64,000 nucleotides of DNA. Source: an uncultured bacterium. GTDB taxonomy: Bacteria > Krumholzibacteriota > Krumholzibacteriia > Krumholzibacteriales > Krumholzibacteriaceae. Within the stretch, counting starts at the first letter, position 1. Each line of letters starts with the position of its first letter. Where the stretch lies: NCBI GenBank assembly GCA_963786935.1, contig CAWBAN010000004.1, positions 192,001-256,000 on the forward strand, written 5' to 3'. A program made the position numbers and the translations under genes. Below the pieces are notes generated by a model. That model was not told the origin of the DNA, did not search any database, and saw only the letters and a program-made list of their open reading frames with translations. Below, piece by piece: positions 1 through 9,760 of this stretch.

Positions 1-2090
1 ACGTAGTAGATGTTCACGTTGAGACCCGCCTCGTCGATCTTCGGCAGGACCTCGGTCATGAAGGTGCATGCGACGCCGCTCTCTTGAAGGACAATCGTGC
101 CGTGGGAGGGCTTCTTCGCCGACTTGACGGCCTTCCGGAGGGCGTAGACGCCTTTCACCGCCGCCGTCGCGGGGGGCACCCGGAGCTTCTTCCGGTCCAG
201 CACGGGCTCGTTCGGCCGCGTGACGAAGGGAGCGATGACCGCCGGACGCGCCTTGATCGCCTCGACCGTGAGCGGGTAGAGCTCCTGCGGATCCCACGGC
301 GTCAGCGTGATCGCGATGCCGTCGGGGAAGTTCTCCTGCAAGAGCTGGAGCGGCTGCGGATCGGCGTGCGTCGGCCCGTCCTCGCCCGTCTTGAGCCCCG
401 CGTGGCCGCAGACGATGATGAAGGGATTATACGGCGCGCCGGTGAGATCGTGCCGCGCCTGCTGGCCGATGCCGTGCAGCCGCGCCGCGATGTGCTCGAG
501 CGCGGCGATGAACGCACCGTATGACGAGCCCGCGCCGACGTTCGTGCCGTACGAAGCCACGCCAGCCATGAAGCCGCCCATCGCGTCCTCGCAGATGCCG
601 CCGCAGGCGATGAGGCGCGCGTTCGGATTCGTGATCGCGTTATAGAGCCCCTCGGGAAATCCGTTCGCGAGATTGGTGATGCTCGTCGATCCGAGGAGAT
701 CGGCCGCGGCGCCGATGAATCCGCCGCCGGAGAGCTTGTTGAGATGGTTCAGGGCGTCGCCGAGCGCGCCGCGCAGGGTCACCTCCGCGCCGATCTGGTA
801 GGTGCACGCCGGCGGGATCTCGTTCGATTTCACCGCGGCCGAGTACACGGCCGCGAGGTTCGGGCAGCCCGGGCGCTTCACGCGGTTCGCGGCCTTGAGC
901 CGGCCCTTCGCCTCTTCGAGACGTCCCGCGAAGTACTCGCAGAGCTCGCGGTTTCCCTCAAGCGCCTTGCGCACGACCATGAGGGTGTCCCAGAAGTTCT
1001 GCTCGACGGCGACCGGCGCCGGCTTTCCCTCGAACTTCGGGAAGGTCACGCCGAAGCGCTTCTCGAACGGCTCGAGCGTCTTGTAGTACTCGGGGGAGCA
1101 GAACTTGTGCCCCGCGCCGTGCGATTTGCGCCCCTCGATGCCGTACTGCCAGCCTTTCGTCGTGCGGTACACGATCGCGGTCGGCTGGTCGTTGATGCGC
1201 TCCTTCGCCACCTCGCACGCGGCGAGCACGTGCTTGAAGTCGTGCCCCTTCTCGACGAAGATGACGTTCCAGTCGTGGAGGAACGCGAACTCGATCGGAT
1301 CCCACTGAACGTAGTCGCCGGGCTTGTCGCCGTCGCGACAGACCCTGTTCGAGTCGATCGAGGCCTGATTCCAGTCGATGTGGAACTTGATGTTCCAGAG
1401 TTGCGCGGCGGAGACGGTCGCGAACGCCTCGGCGACGCGTCCCGGCGTCATGCCGCCCTCGCCCTCGGTGATCTGGACGAGGGGAGCGCGCTCGCCGTAC
1501 GTGTCCATCGCGCCGAAAGCGAGGCCGAAGCTCGAGCCCACGCCGACGCCCGAGGCGCCCGTCGAGAGCTTGATGAACGGCGTCGCCGGCGTCGGATGCC
1601 CGTCGAGCGGCTTGGCGCGGTACTTCGCGAAGAGCGGCGTCTCCTGCGTCGGGTTGCGCCTGAATCCGAGGAGATCCTCGAAGCGCAGCTGGAACTTCAC
1701 GTCCTTCGGCAGCAGGCTCGACTTGCCGATCCGCGCGACCTCGTTGCGGAGCGCCCACATCGCGTAGAGCCCCATCGCCTTGTGCCCCGCGGCGTAGGAC
1801 ATGAGGTCCGCCTCCGGACACTCCGGATCGCCGATGTCATAATCGAGCGTGTGGAACAGGATGCCCGCGACGTGGCGCCCCGACGAGATGCTCCCGCCGG
1901 GATGCCCCGACGTCGGCACGAAGTTGTAGAGAATGCCGCAGAGGGTGCGATAGACGAGATCGTAGTCCTCGAACGCCTTCAGGGTCCGTTCGGGGAATTC
2001 GAACTTGTCGATGGCCGTGCCGATGTCGATATACACGCCGCGGCGCGGCCCGAACTCGAGTTTCTGCATCGTGACCTTTTCCTTCGCCAT
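1..2090 (-). CDS. Transketolase-like TPP-dependent enzyme (3' end runs off the window)
   Basis: Absent from the ORF track because it has no stop in the window. Manual translation from ATG 2090 (RBS GAGGAGG upstream) gives MAKEKVT...TSGHPGGSISS...AAGHKAMGLY...LDGHPTP...STGASGVG...EGEGGMTPG...DWNQASID...TTKGW. These are transketolase N-terminal motifs. Confidence 0.85.
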   Translation of the reverse strand, partial: MAKEKVTMQKLEFGPRRGVYIDIGTAIDKFEFPERTLKAFEDYDLVYRTLCGILYNFVPTSGHPGGSISSGRHVAGILFHTLDYDIGDPECPEADLMSYAAGHKAMGLYAMWALRNEVARIGKSSLLPKDVKFQLRFEDLLGFRRNPTQETPLFAKYRAKPLDGHPTPATPFIKLSTGASGVGVGSSFGLAFGAMDTYGERAPLVQITEGEGGMTPGRVAEAFATVSAAQLWNIKFHIDWNQASIDSNRVCRDGDKPGDYVQWDPIEFAFLHDWNVIFVEKGHDFKHVLAACEVAKERINDQPTAIVYRTTKGWQYGIEGRKSHGAGHKFCSPEYYKTLEPFEKRFGVTFPKFEGKPAPVAVEQNFWDTLMVVRKALEGNRELCEYFAGRLEEAKGRLKAANRVKRPGCPNLAAVYSAAVKSNEIPPACTYQIGAEVTLRGALGDALNHLNKLSGGGFIGAAADLLGSTSITNLANGFPEGLYNAITNPNARLIACGGICEDAMGGFMAGVASYGTNVGAGSSYGAFIAALEHIAARLHGIGQQARHDLTGAPYNPFIIVCGHAGLKTGEDGPTHADPQPLQLLQENFPDGIAITLTPWDPQELYPLTVEAIKARPAVIAPFVTRPNEPVLDRKKLRVPPATAAVKGVYALRKAVKSAKKPSHGTIVLQESGVACTFMTEVLPKIDEAGLNVNIYY

Positions 2091-2159
2091 GCTCTGCGCT
2101 CCTCCTCGCTCCGAAGACGAAAGTGACACCTTGTTGAATTCCAAAATAATGCAAGGATT

Positions 2160-2188
2160 AGCTTATAGGAAAAAAGAATGCCTGTCAA
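2160..2188 (-). promoter_or_regulatory. sigma70-type promoter for the transketolase-like gene
   Basis: Minus strand reads TTGACA-N17-TAAGCT, about 70 nt upstream of the start codon. Confidence 0.6.
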
Positions 2189-2203
2189 CGGCGAACGGAT
2201 TCC

Positions 2204-2246
2204 CCTCAGGAAGAGGCGGTCCCCGGGGATCGCCTCCTCCTGAAGG
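2204..2246. terminator. Long GC-rich hairpin downstream of 2270-4585, possible terminator
   Basis: Imperfect palindrome CCTCAGGAAGAGGCGGTCC-CCGG-GGATCGCCTCCTCCTGAAGG. There is no clear U-tract. Confidence 0.4.
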
Positions 2247-2269
2247 CCGCAGATTGTCTCAGGGCGGTT

Positions 2270-4585
2270 CTATCTCAAGAGCACCATCTTGAGCGTCCGC
2301 GTGAATTCTCCCGCGTCGAGGCGGTAGAAGTACACGCCGCTCGCCACGGCGCCGCCCCCCGAATCCCTGCCGTCCCACGTTTCTGCGAACGTCCCCGCCG
2401 GACGCTCCCCCTCGGCGAGCACGCGCACGAGACGTCCCGCCGCGTCATAGATTCTCAGGGAGACGCGCGCCGGCTTCGACAGGCCGAACGCGATCCGGGT
2501 CGATGGATTGAACGGATTCGGAAAATTCTGGACGAGATAGGAAGCGGCGGGAGGGCCGGATCCGTCGGTGCCGGTCACGCCCTCCGGCGAGGCGAGCGCG
2601 ACGGCGCTCTCGTTGCCGTTCACGTCGATCGCCGTAACCTTGTAGAAATACCCCGCGTTCCAGCGCCAGCCGCCGTCGAAGAACGACGCTTCCGTGGGCG
2701 AGCCCACGATATTCTCCGCGGCCGTGATGAAACCGGCGCTCTCGCCGCGGTACACGGCGTAATGATCGATGTCGGGCTCGCCGTTCGGCGTCCAGGCGAG
2801 GCCGAGCCCGGCCGGTTCGAACGACTGCTCCGCGACGAGGCCCGCCGGAGGCGCGGGCGCGAGGTTGTCGACCGAGTGGCACGTCACGACCGCCGATTCC
2901 CACCAGTACGTCGACATGATCGTGTTGGCCCTGATCTTGAAATAGTGCGTCGCCGAGCCTGCTCCGCTCGAATCGGCCGTCGTCGCCGCCGCGTACTGGT
3001 AGCTCTCGAGGTAGTATGCGTCGATGCTGTCGAGCGGGGCGTAGGTGGCGCCGTCGGTGCTTCGCCAGACTACGTAACGCGTGACGAGCTCTTCGGGATA
3101 CGCATCGAGATACGATGCGTCCCATGTGAGGAGCACGACTCCTCCCTGGTCGCCGGGAACGTCCGCGCCCGCCGGGTTCAGCGGCGCCGGATATCCCCAG
3201 TATCCGCGCTTCTCCATGCGCTGGGCGTAGACGTCCCAGTTCGTCACGTCGTACGCGCGCTGGTCGTTCCAGGCCATGATCGCGCCCGCGTCGCCGTCCG
3301 ACGCGATCGAGATGGTGGATTGATTCGAGATGGCGTCGCAGACCGTCTCTCCCTGCATGAGCCACTGCGGCGCGCCGGCGCTGTTGATCCTCTGTGCGCG
3401 TATGTCGTAGGAGTTGCCGAGCAGCTGGTCCTGCCACGCGATGATGGCGCCGCCCGCGCCATCGGCGACGATGCGCGGCCGCGTTTGGCTCCCCGCGGGA
3501 TCGGATACCGAGAGACCGTTCGCGGTCCATTGGGCGACGCCCGACGAGTTGAACCGCTGCGCGTAGATGTCCGTGTACGGCGGGGTCGTCCGCCCGTCGG
3601 CCCATGTGAAGATCGCGCCGCCCGCGCCGTCCTCCGCGACGTCGGGATAGGTCTGATCTTCGGACGCGGAGCAGACGGAAACTCCCGCGCTCGCCCAGGC
3701 CCTGGTCCCGGCGCTCAGCATGCGCTGCGCCCAGACGTTGTTGTCGGTGCCGTTTCGCATGTCGTACCACACGACGTACGCGCCCCCCGCGCCGTCCGTG
3801 ACGAGCTTCGGCAGGTACATCCACGTGTTGGTGCCGCAGAGGCGATAGCCGTTGGCGGTCCATTGGACCGTTCCGGACGAGTTGATCTTCTGGACGTAGA
3901 GGGGAAGAATGGACGTGTCGCGGTTGTCTTCCCACACGAAGATGGCGCCGCCCGAGCCGTCCTTGATCATCTCCATCTCGCCCCGATCGTTCGCCGCGTC
4001 GCAGATCACGACGCCGCTCGCGGTCCAGGAGAGATTTCCGAAGGAGTTGACGCGCTGCGCGAAGATGTGGGGATCCCCGTCCCGCTCGTCGATCCATCCG
4101 ATGATCGCGCTCGCCGAGCTGCCCGCCACGATGAGCGCCTCGCCCGGGGCGACGGTCGACTCGTAGACGAGGACGCCGTTATGTCCGAACAGGAGCTCGC
4201 CGCTCCGATTCACCCGCTGAGCGCGGATGCTCATGCCGTCGATGTAGGTGACGAACGCGCTTCCGGCCGTGTCGAGGCAGATGCGGGGCCATTTCTGCAG
4301 TGACGTTCCCTCGGCGACGACGATGCCTCCCTCAGTCCAGAGGGGCTCGCCCCTCGAGTCGATGCGCTGCATGTAGATGTCGCCGCTGTTGGCCGGGTTG
4401 CGGGAATCCGTCCATACGATGTAGGCGCCGCCGAGGCCGTCGCTCGCCAGCTGCGCTCCGGTCTGCGAGTACGGGAGAGCCGCTATCGGAACTCCGTCGG
4501 GGAGCCACTGCGCGCGGCCCGCCGACGGCAGCCCGAGCGAGACGACGAGCGCGAGAATCGCGACCGGCTTGAATATCGTCCTCAT
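2270..4585 (-). CDS. Secreted repeat (beta-propeller-like) protein with FN3-like stalk and FlgD-Ig/T9SS-like C-terminal domain
   Basis: True start is probably MRTIFKP at 4585 (RBS GAGGAGG, signal peptide ending AGRA-QW). It has eight W-x3-G...DGAGGAIIAWxDxR...DIYAQR repeats and a tail QNFPNPFNPSTRI...ASGVYFYRL...KMVLLR. Confidence 0.85.
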   Translation of the reverse strand: MRTIFKPVAILALVVSLGLPSAGRAQWLPDGVPIAALPYSQTGAQLASDGLGGAYIVWTDSRNPANSGDIYMQRIDSRGEPLWTEGGIVVAEGTSLQKWPRICLDTAGSAFVTYIDGMSIRAQRVNRSGELLFGHNGVLVYESTVAPGEALIVAGSSASAIIGWIDERDGDPHIFAQRVNSFGNLSWTASGVVICDAANDRGEMEMIKDGSGGAIFVWEDNRDTSILPLYVQKINSSGTVQWTANGYRLCGTNTWMYLPKLVTDGAGGAYVVWYDMRNGTDNNVWAQRMLSAGTRAWASAGVSVCSASEDQTYPDVAEDGAGGAIFTWADGRTTPPYTDIYAQRFNSSGVAQWTANGLSVSDPAGSQTRPRIVADGAGGAIIAWQDQLLGNSYDIRAQRINSAGAPQWLMQGETVCDAISNQSTISIASDGDAGAIMAWNDQRAYDVTNWDVYAQRMEKRGYWGYPAPLNPAGADVPGDQGGVVLLTWDASYLDAYPEELVTRYVVWRSTDGATYAPLDSIDAYYLESYQYAAATTADSSGAGSATHYFKIRANTIMSTYWWESAVVTCHSVDNLAPAPPAGLVAEQSFEPAGLGLAWTPNGEPDIDHYAVYRGESAGFITAAENIVGSPTEASFFDGGWRWNAGYFYKVTAIDVNGNESAVALASPEGVTGTDGSGPPAASYLVQNFPNPFNPSTRIAFGLSKPARVSLRIYDAAGRLVRVLAEGERPAGTFAETWDGRDSGGGAVASGVYFYRLDAGEFTRTLKMVLLR

Positions 4586-4605
4586 GTCGATTCCTCCTCT
4601 TTCCC

Positions 4606-7041
4606 TTATCTCGCGAGCACCATTTTCTTCGTTTCGCTGAAGGCCCCCGCCCGCAGGCGGTAGAAATAGACTCCGCTCGAAACCGCCGCGCCTCCCGCGT
4701 TGCGCCCGTCCCAGGCTTGCCGGTAGATGCCGGCGCTCCGCGGCTCGTTGAGGAGCGTTCGAACGAGGCGGCCCGAGACGTCGTAGATCGAGAGCGTCAC
4801 GCGCCCCGGTGACGCGATGCCGAATGAAATCGTCGTCGAAGGATTGAACGGATTCGGCGCGTTCTGGGCAAGGTACGTAACCGCGGGCGCTTTCGGCGTA
4901 TCGGTTCCGGTCACGTCGTCCGGGGTCACCGTGCCGAACGTGCTCTCGTTGCCGTGCACGTCGAATGCCGAGAGCTTGTAGAAGAATCCGCTGCTCCAGC
5001 GCCAATCGCCGTCGAAATAGGTCGTGTCGGGACCCGTGTAGATGCAGTTGCCGGGATCGGGCCTGAAGGCGCGACTCGTGCCCCGGTACAGCGTGTAGTG
5101 CGAGAAATCGCCGTCGCCGAGCGCTTTGAGCGTCCCGGATCCCCACGTCAGAACGAGGCCGACCGGATCGAAGCTCTGCTCGGCCGAGAAATTGAGGGGT
5201 TGTGCGGGGGCGAGGTTATCGACCGAGCAGCCGCTGTCCGGCTGCGACTCCCAGAAGACGAAATGATCCGTTCCGTGCGCCATGACCATAAAATAGTGGA
5301 GCCCCGGATTTGCTTCCGTGTGATCGTTGAGCGTCGCGGCGTCCGCGCTGTAGGTCGTCGAGGCGTTCGCGTCCACGTAGGAGAGGAGCTCCCATCCGGT
5401 CGCGGCGCCGCTCGCTTTCGAAATGAATATCGTTCCCGGGGCGGCCCCGGCGAGCTGCGGCGTGTCGACGCCCTTCGCTCCGGCGGCCAGCAGCGCTTCG
5501 AGCTGGGCCGTCGGAAGCATCCGCCACAGAGAATACCGGTCGACGATGAGCCCTCCGATGATGTCCATCGTCGATTTGCTCCAGGTGACGGTCACGTGCC
5601 CGCCCTGATCCTCGGGCACGTCGAGCACGGACGTGATCGCGGGGGCGGGGTAGCCGTAATAGCCGTTGCGCTCGATACGCGCGGCGTAGATGTCGCTCGA
5701 GGCGCCCGGGCGGTAGTCCTCCCAGGCAATGATGGCGCCGCCCGCGCCGTCGGAGGCGATGCACTGGTACAGCTGATCGTTCGCGTCGGTGCAGAGCGGT
5801 CTCCCGTTCGTCGTCCATTGCGGCGAACCGGCATCCGAGAGCTTCTGTGCGTAGATGTCCCGCTGCGCGCCCGGCCGGTAGTCGTCCCACGCGATGACGG
5901 CGCCGCCGTCGCCGTCCGGCACGATAACGGGATTGCTCTGGGTCGCCGCATAGGAGCAGACGACCACGCCTCCCGCGGCCCAATCTCGATAGCCGAGATA
6001 GTTGATTCTCTGCGCGTAGAGGTCCTGGCTGCCCGAGCCGAACTGCGTCCACGAAATGATCGCGCCGTGATTGCCGTCGGAGCCGATCGCGATCTGATAC
6101 ATATCGACCACCGTCGTGTTCACGAGGACGCCGTTCGCGGCATAGGAGATCGAGCCGGAACCGCTGATTCTCTGGGCGTAGATCAGCCAGTCGGCGCTGT
6201 TGCGGTAGTCCCGCCAGGCGACGGTTACGCCCCCGAGATCGTCGGAAACCATGCAGGGATCCTCCTGCGCATTGACGGCGTTGCAGATGACGACGCCGTT
6301 CGTGGTCCACGCGACGGCGCCGTTCGCCTTGATTCTCTGCGCATAGATATCGGTCGGGCCTCCGCGGTGGTCGTCCCAGGCGATGAAAGCGCCGCCGAGG
6401 CCGTCCGTCTCGAGGGAGGGCTCATGCTGCTCGAACGTGTTCGTGCATATGGCGACGCCGCCCGCCGCCCAATGCGCCGCGCCGTTCGCGTCGATTCTCT
6501 GGGCGTATATATCGGCCGAGCCGGAGCTCGAGTCCTGCCACGCGATGATGGCGCCACCCGATCCGTCGGAGACGATTCTGTAATTTCGCTGCACCGTCGC
6601 CGCGTCGCTGATCGTCACGCCCCCGGCGCCCCAGGGCGTCGCGCCGTTCGCGTCGACCCGTTGCGCGAAGAGATCGTACTCTCCGTTCCGATCGTCTCTC
6701 CAGACGACGATCGCTCCGCCGGCCCCGTCGGAAGCGATCTCGGGGGGGTAATAGGAATTGAGGTTGTTCGCGTAGAGGGCAACTCCGTCTATTGTCCAGA
6801 GAGCGTTGCCGTACCCGTCGATCCGCTGGGCGTAGATTCCGATGCTCGGCGCCGTGCTCCGCCCGTCCCCCCAGGCGATGATCGCGCCGCCCGCGCCGTC
6901 GGAGACGGATTTCGGCGATCGCTGACCGTAGGTCGCGGCGCAGACGGGCGTGCCGTTGGCGACCCAATCGGCATGCAGGCTCGACGCGGCGAGAAGCAGG
7001 ACCGAGAGCAGGACGAGAGAGAATTTAGCGTATTGACCCAT
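4606..7041 (-). CDS. Paralogous secreted repeat protein with FlgD-Ig/T9SS-like C-terminal domain
   Basis: Start MGQYAKF at 7041 (RBS AAGGGGG, signal peptide SLHA-DW). It has the same eight repeats and stalk, and a QNAPNPFNP...SSGVYFYRL...KMVLAR tail. Confidence 0.85.
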   Translation of the reverse strand: MGQYAKFSLVLLSVLLLAASSLHADWVANGTPVCAATYGQRSPKSVSDGAGGAIIAWGDGRSTAPSIGIYAQRIDGYGNALWTIDGVALYANNLNSYYPPEIASDGAGGAIVVWRDDRNGEYDLFAQRVDANGATPWGAGGVTISDAATVQRNYRIVSDGSGGAIIAWQDSSSGSADIYAQRIDANGAAHWAAGGVAICTNTFEQHEPSLETDGLGGAFIAWDDHRGGPTDIYAQRIKANGAVAWTTNGVVICNAVNAQEDPCMVSDDLGGVTVAWRDYRNSADWLIYAQRISGSGSISYAANGVLVNTTVVDMYQIAIGSDGNHGAIISWTQFGSGSQDLYAQRINYLGYRDWAAGGVVVCSYAATQSNPVIVPDGDGGAVIAWDDYRPGAQRDIYAQKLSDAGSPQWTTNGRPLCTDANDQLYQCIASDGAGGAIIAWEDYRPGASSDIYAARIERNGYYGYPAPAITSVLDVPEDQGGHVTVTWSKSTMDIIGGLIVDRYSLWRMLPTAQLEALLAAGAKGVDTPQLAGAAPGTIFISKASGAATGWELLSYVDANASTTYSADAATLNDHTEANPGLHYFMVMAHGTDHFVFWESQPDSGCSVDNLAPAQPLNFSAEQSFDPVGLVLTWGSGTLKALGDGDFSHYTLYRGTSRAFRPDPGNCIYTGPDTTYFDGDWRWSSGFFYKLSAFDVHGNESTFGTVTPDDVTGTDTPKAPAVTYLAQNAPNPFNPSTTISFGIASPGRVTLSIYDVSGRLVRTLLNEPRSAGIYRQAWDGRNAGGAAVSSGVYFYRLRAGAFSETKKMVLAR

Positions 7042-7275
7042 GGCGGAACCCCCTTGAGAAGCTGGAATGAACCCCGTCGTCATGCGCGATGGCCCTGGCG
7101 GCGCCTCGCGCATAGTTATTCCGATGTTTTAGAGTGTGGATTGAATTGGCGGTTGCGGCCGACTGGTGCATAACCCGTTTCAATTGCCGTAGTCGATTTC
7201 GCTGCAATTAATTGAAACGGCAGTTTACCACAAATGCGAATCGAAATCAATAATTGTCTGGGCCGGCGACGTCCC

Positions 7276-8634
7276 TTATACCCGATAGCCGCGCGAGAAC
7301 AGGTTCGTAAAAATGAGCGCCATCGCGCTCGGCAGCGTCCGGTAGATATAGTGGAAATTCTCGATCGCCTTCGGCGGCCTCAGGTAGAACCCCGCGTACG
7401 CCTTGAAGAGGAACCGGTTCAGCACCTGCGGCGTGATCTTGTCGAGCTTGATCGTCGGGTGAAGGCCCGAGTACATCGCCCAGTTCTTCGTGAGGAGCTT
7501 CTCCTTGACCTTCTCGAAGAGCTTCGTGCCCGGATACGGCGTGAGCAGCGAGAACTGCACCCTGCTCGGGTTGAGGAATTTCGCGAGCTCGATCGTCTGC
7601 CGCATCGTGCGCGGATTGTCGCCAAGCGCGCCGAGGATGAAGGCCCCGATGATCTTCACGCCGTTCTCGTGGAGGATGTCGACCGCCTTCTTCGCGTCCT
7701 CGACGGTCGATTTCTTTCCGTACTCGTTGAGAATCTCCTGGCTCCCGCTCTCGAAGCCGAGGAACATCCACTTGAGCCCCGATTTCGCCATGGTCTTGAC
7801 CATGCCGGGATTTTTCACGACCGTCTCCACGTGCGACATCGCTTCCCAGTGGAGATCGTAGCCGCCCGCGATGATCCGTTCCGCGATCGCCGTGGCCCGC
7901 GCGGGATTCAGCGTGAAATTGTCGTCGATGAAGTTGATCGCCCGGTAGCCGTACTTGTTGTACACGAGATCGATCTCCTCCATGAGGCTGTCGACCGAGC
8001 GCGGCCGCCAACGGACGCCCGAGAACTGGGACGAGGAGCAGAAGTTGCAGTTGAACGGGCAGCCGCGCGACGTGATGATCGTCGTCATCTGCCGCCCGTC
8101 GATCTTCTCCTTGTAGCTGCGCAGCGGCAGGAGCTCGCGCGCGGGAAAGGGGAGGGCGTCCAGATCGGCGATGAAGGGCGCCGTCGCGGTTCTCACGATC
8201 TCGTCGCCGCACCGATAGGACAGCCCGGGCACCTCTTCGATCGGAATCTCGCGCGAGAGATATTTCACGAGCGAGCGGAAGGCGTATTCTCCCTCGTTCC
8301 GGATGATGTAATCGACCTGTCCGCTCCGGAGAGCGTCCTCGTCGAAGAAGCTCACGTGGGGTCCGCCCATGACGACGGTCGCCCCGGCCGCTTTCGCGAC
8401 CTTCGCGATCTTCATCGAGGTCGAGTACCGCGCCGTATCGGCGGATATCCCGACGATGTCGAATCCGGCGAACGGGTACTGTCTCCAGCGTTTCTTCTCG
8501 ATGTTGAAGTCGACGATCGTGACCTGGTGGTCGGTGAGGAGCGCGGCCATGTACGCGAGGCCGAGAGGGGGTCGGCTGAGGCCCATGCTGTAGTAGCCGA
8601 AGCCGACGGGCGGGTTTACGAATAGAATTTTCAT
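7276..8634 (-). CDS. B12-binding domain radical SAM protein
   Basis: N-terminal KILFVNPP...PPLGLAYMAA...VVMGGPHVS cobalamin-binding domain, followed by SRGCPFNCNFC (CxxxCxxC) and FIDDNF, GFESG motifs. Confidence 0.92.
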   Translation of the reverse strand: MKILFVNPPVGFGYYSMGLSRPPLGLAYMAALLTDHQVTIVDFNIEKKRWRQYPFAGFDIVGISADTARYSTSMKIAKVAKAAGATVVMGGPHVSFFDEDALRSGQVDYIIRNEGEYAFRSLVKYLSREIPIEEVPGLSYRCGDEIVRTATAPFIADLDALPFPARELLPLRSYKEKIDGRQMTTIITSRGCPFNCNFCSSSQFSGVRWRPRSVDSLMEEIDLVYNKYGYRAINFIDDNFTLNPARATAIAERIIAGGYDLHWEAMSHVETVVKNPGMVKTMAKSGLKWMFLGFESGSQEILNEYGKKSTVEDAKKAVDILHENGVKIIGAFILGALGDNPRTMRQTIELAKFLNPSRVQFSLLTPYPGTKLFEKVKEKLLTKNWAMYSGLHPTIKLDKITPQVLNRFLFKAYAGFYLRPPKAIENFHYIYRTLPSAMALIFTNLFSRGYRV

Positions 8635-8737
8635 TATCCTTCTTTCATCTAAGATACCTCGCAGAAATTATTCGGTTTGAAATAATGGTACGGGGTATAT
8701 TAGTAGCTCAACCTATTCCGCTATTTACTGTTATCTT

Positions 8738-8766
8738 AAGTTATCACTTAAACGAATACGAGTCAA
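8738..8766 (-). promoter_or_regulatory. sigma70-type promoter for the radical SAM gene
   Basis: TTGACT-N17-TAACTT with an extended TGn element, in an AT-rich divergent intergenic region. Confidence 0.6.
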
Positions 8767-8896
8767 CCAGAAACTGTCTCTTTTTTTCGAAAGCCCCGCC
8801 GAGGGAATGAGCCGCCGGCGCCGGAGACCTTTGGCGGGAACGATTCTTTATGCTATGCTTCATTTTGAGGATACGGCAAGCGCCGGGAGGAGACCC

Positions 8897-9754
8897 GTGA
8901 GCTTCGAAATATGGAACGATCCGATTGCCTCCGGAGGCCGGGAAGCCCGCGAGATTCTTCTCGGGCATTTCAGGGTGCCGTCGGGGAGCGCCGAGCTCGA
9001 GATGCTGCGCCGGATCGTCGAATGCTACTCGAATCTGCCGTACGAGAATCTCACGAAGATCATCAAGAAGTTCACGGCGGGCTCGGCCGAAGAACGGCTC
9101 CGGGGGCCGGTCGAGGTCGTGAGCGGCTACGTCGAGCGCAATACGGGCGGGACGTGCTTCTCGCTCACGTACTGCCTCGGCTCCATGCTCTCGAGCGCCG
9201 GATACCGGTGCTACCCCGTCATGGCCGACATGAAGCGGCCGAACATCCACTGCGCCCTCGTCGTCGAGATGAACGAGCGGCGGTATCTCGTCGATCCCGG
9301 CTACCTCGTCGGCGAGCCGGTCGAGCTCGCGGGGAAGCCCGTGCGGATCGAGACGACCTTCGGCGTCGTCGAGATCAGGCCGCGGCTGGGAGAGCGGTAC
9401 GATCTCTTCACGCTCGAGGGGGACGATCGAAAGTGGCGGTACACGGTGCGGACGGTTCCCGTTTCGCATGCGGCGTTCGTGCGGTTCTGGCAGGATTCGT
9501 TCGCGCTCCCCATGATGAACAACCTGCTGCTCACGCGCCTCACGCCGCAGGGGCATCTCTACATCAAGAACCACCATCTCCGCATGAAGGGCGCGCACGG
9601 CAAGATGAACGAGAACATCCGGAGCGGCTTCGAATCCCGGATCGCGGCGGATTTCGGCATTCCGCCGGAGGTGACGGCTCAGGCGCGCGAGCACCTCGAG
9701 CGATTGAAACGCACGTGGCGCGTCCGCGAGGGCGCGGGGCGGGAGGAGGCATAG
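8897..9754 (+). CDS. Arylamine N-acetyltransferase family protein
   Basis: PYENL, GGTCFSL (Cys), IHCAL (His) and LVDPGY (Asp) match the NAT triad arrangement. GTG start at 8897 follows GGGAGG. Confidence 0.8.
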   Translation: MSFEIWNDPIASGGREAREILLGHFRVPSGSAELEMLRRIVECYSNLPYENLTKIIKKFTAGSAEERLRGPVEVVSGYVERNTGGTCFSLTYCLGSMLSSAGYRCYPVMADMKRPNIHCALVVEMNERRYLVDPGYLVGEPVELAGKPVRIETTFGVVEIRPRLGERYDLFTLEGDDRKWRYTVRTVPVSHAAFVRFWQDSFALPMMNNLLLTRLTPQGHLYIKNHHLRMKGAHGKMNENIRSGFESRIAADFGIPPEVTAQAREHLERLKRTWRVREGAGREEA

Positions 9755-9760
9755 GCGGGC

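Noticed and set aside
744..2126. 460-aa plus-strand ORF, and similar long ORFs such as 2762-4303, 4954-7173, 17808-20576, 20545-23664, 34017-36743, 37160-39322, 40051-42066, 48083-50557 and 62978-63994
   Set aside because: These are shadow or antisense frames of well-supported genes in GC-rich DNA. They are Arg/Ala/Pro-rich and have no motifs.
4586..5146. N-terminal extension of the 958-aa track ORF
   Set aside because: It overlaps the upstream paralog in another frame. The RBS and signal peptide place the start at 4585.
7177..7218. CRISPR-repeat-like GTTTCAAT...ATTGAAAC
   Set aside because: It is a single 42-nt unit with no spacers, no further copies and no cas genes in the window.
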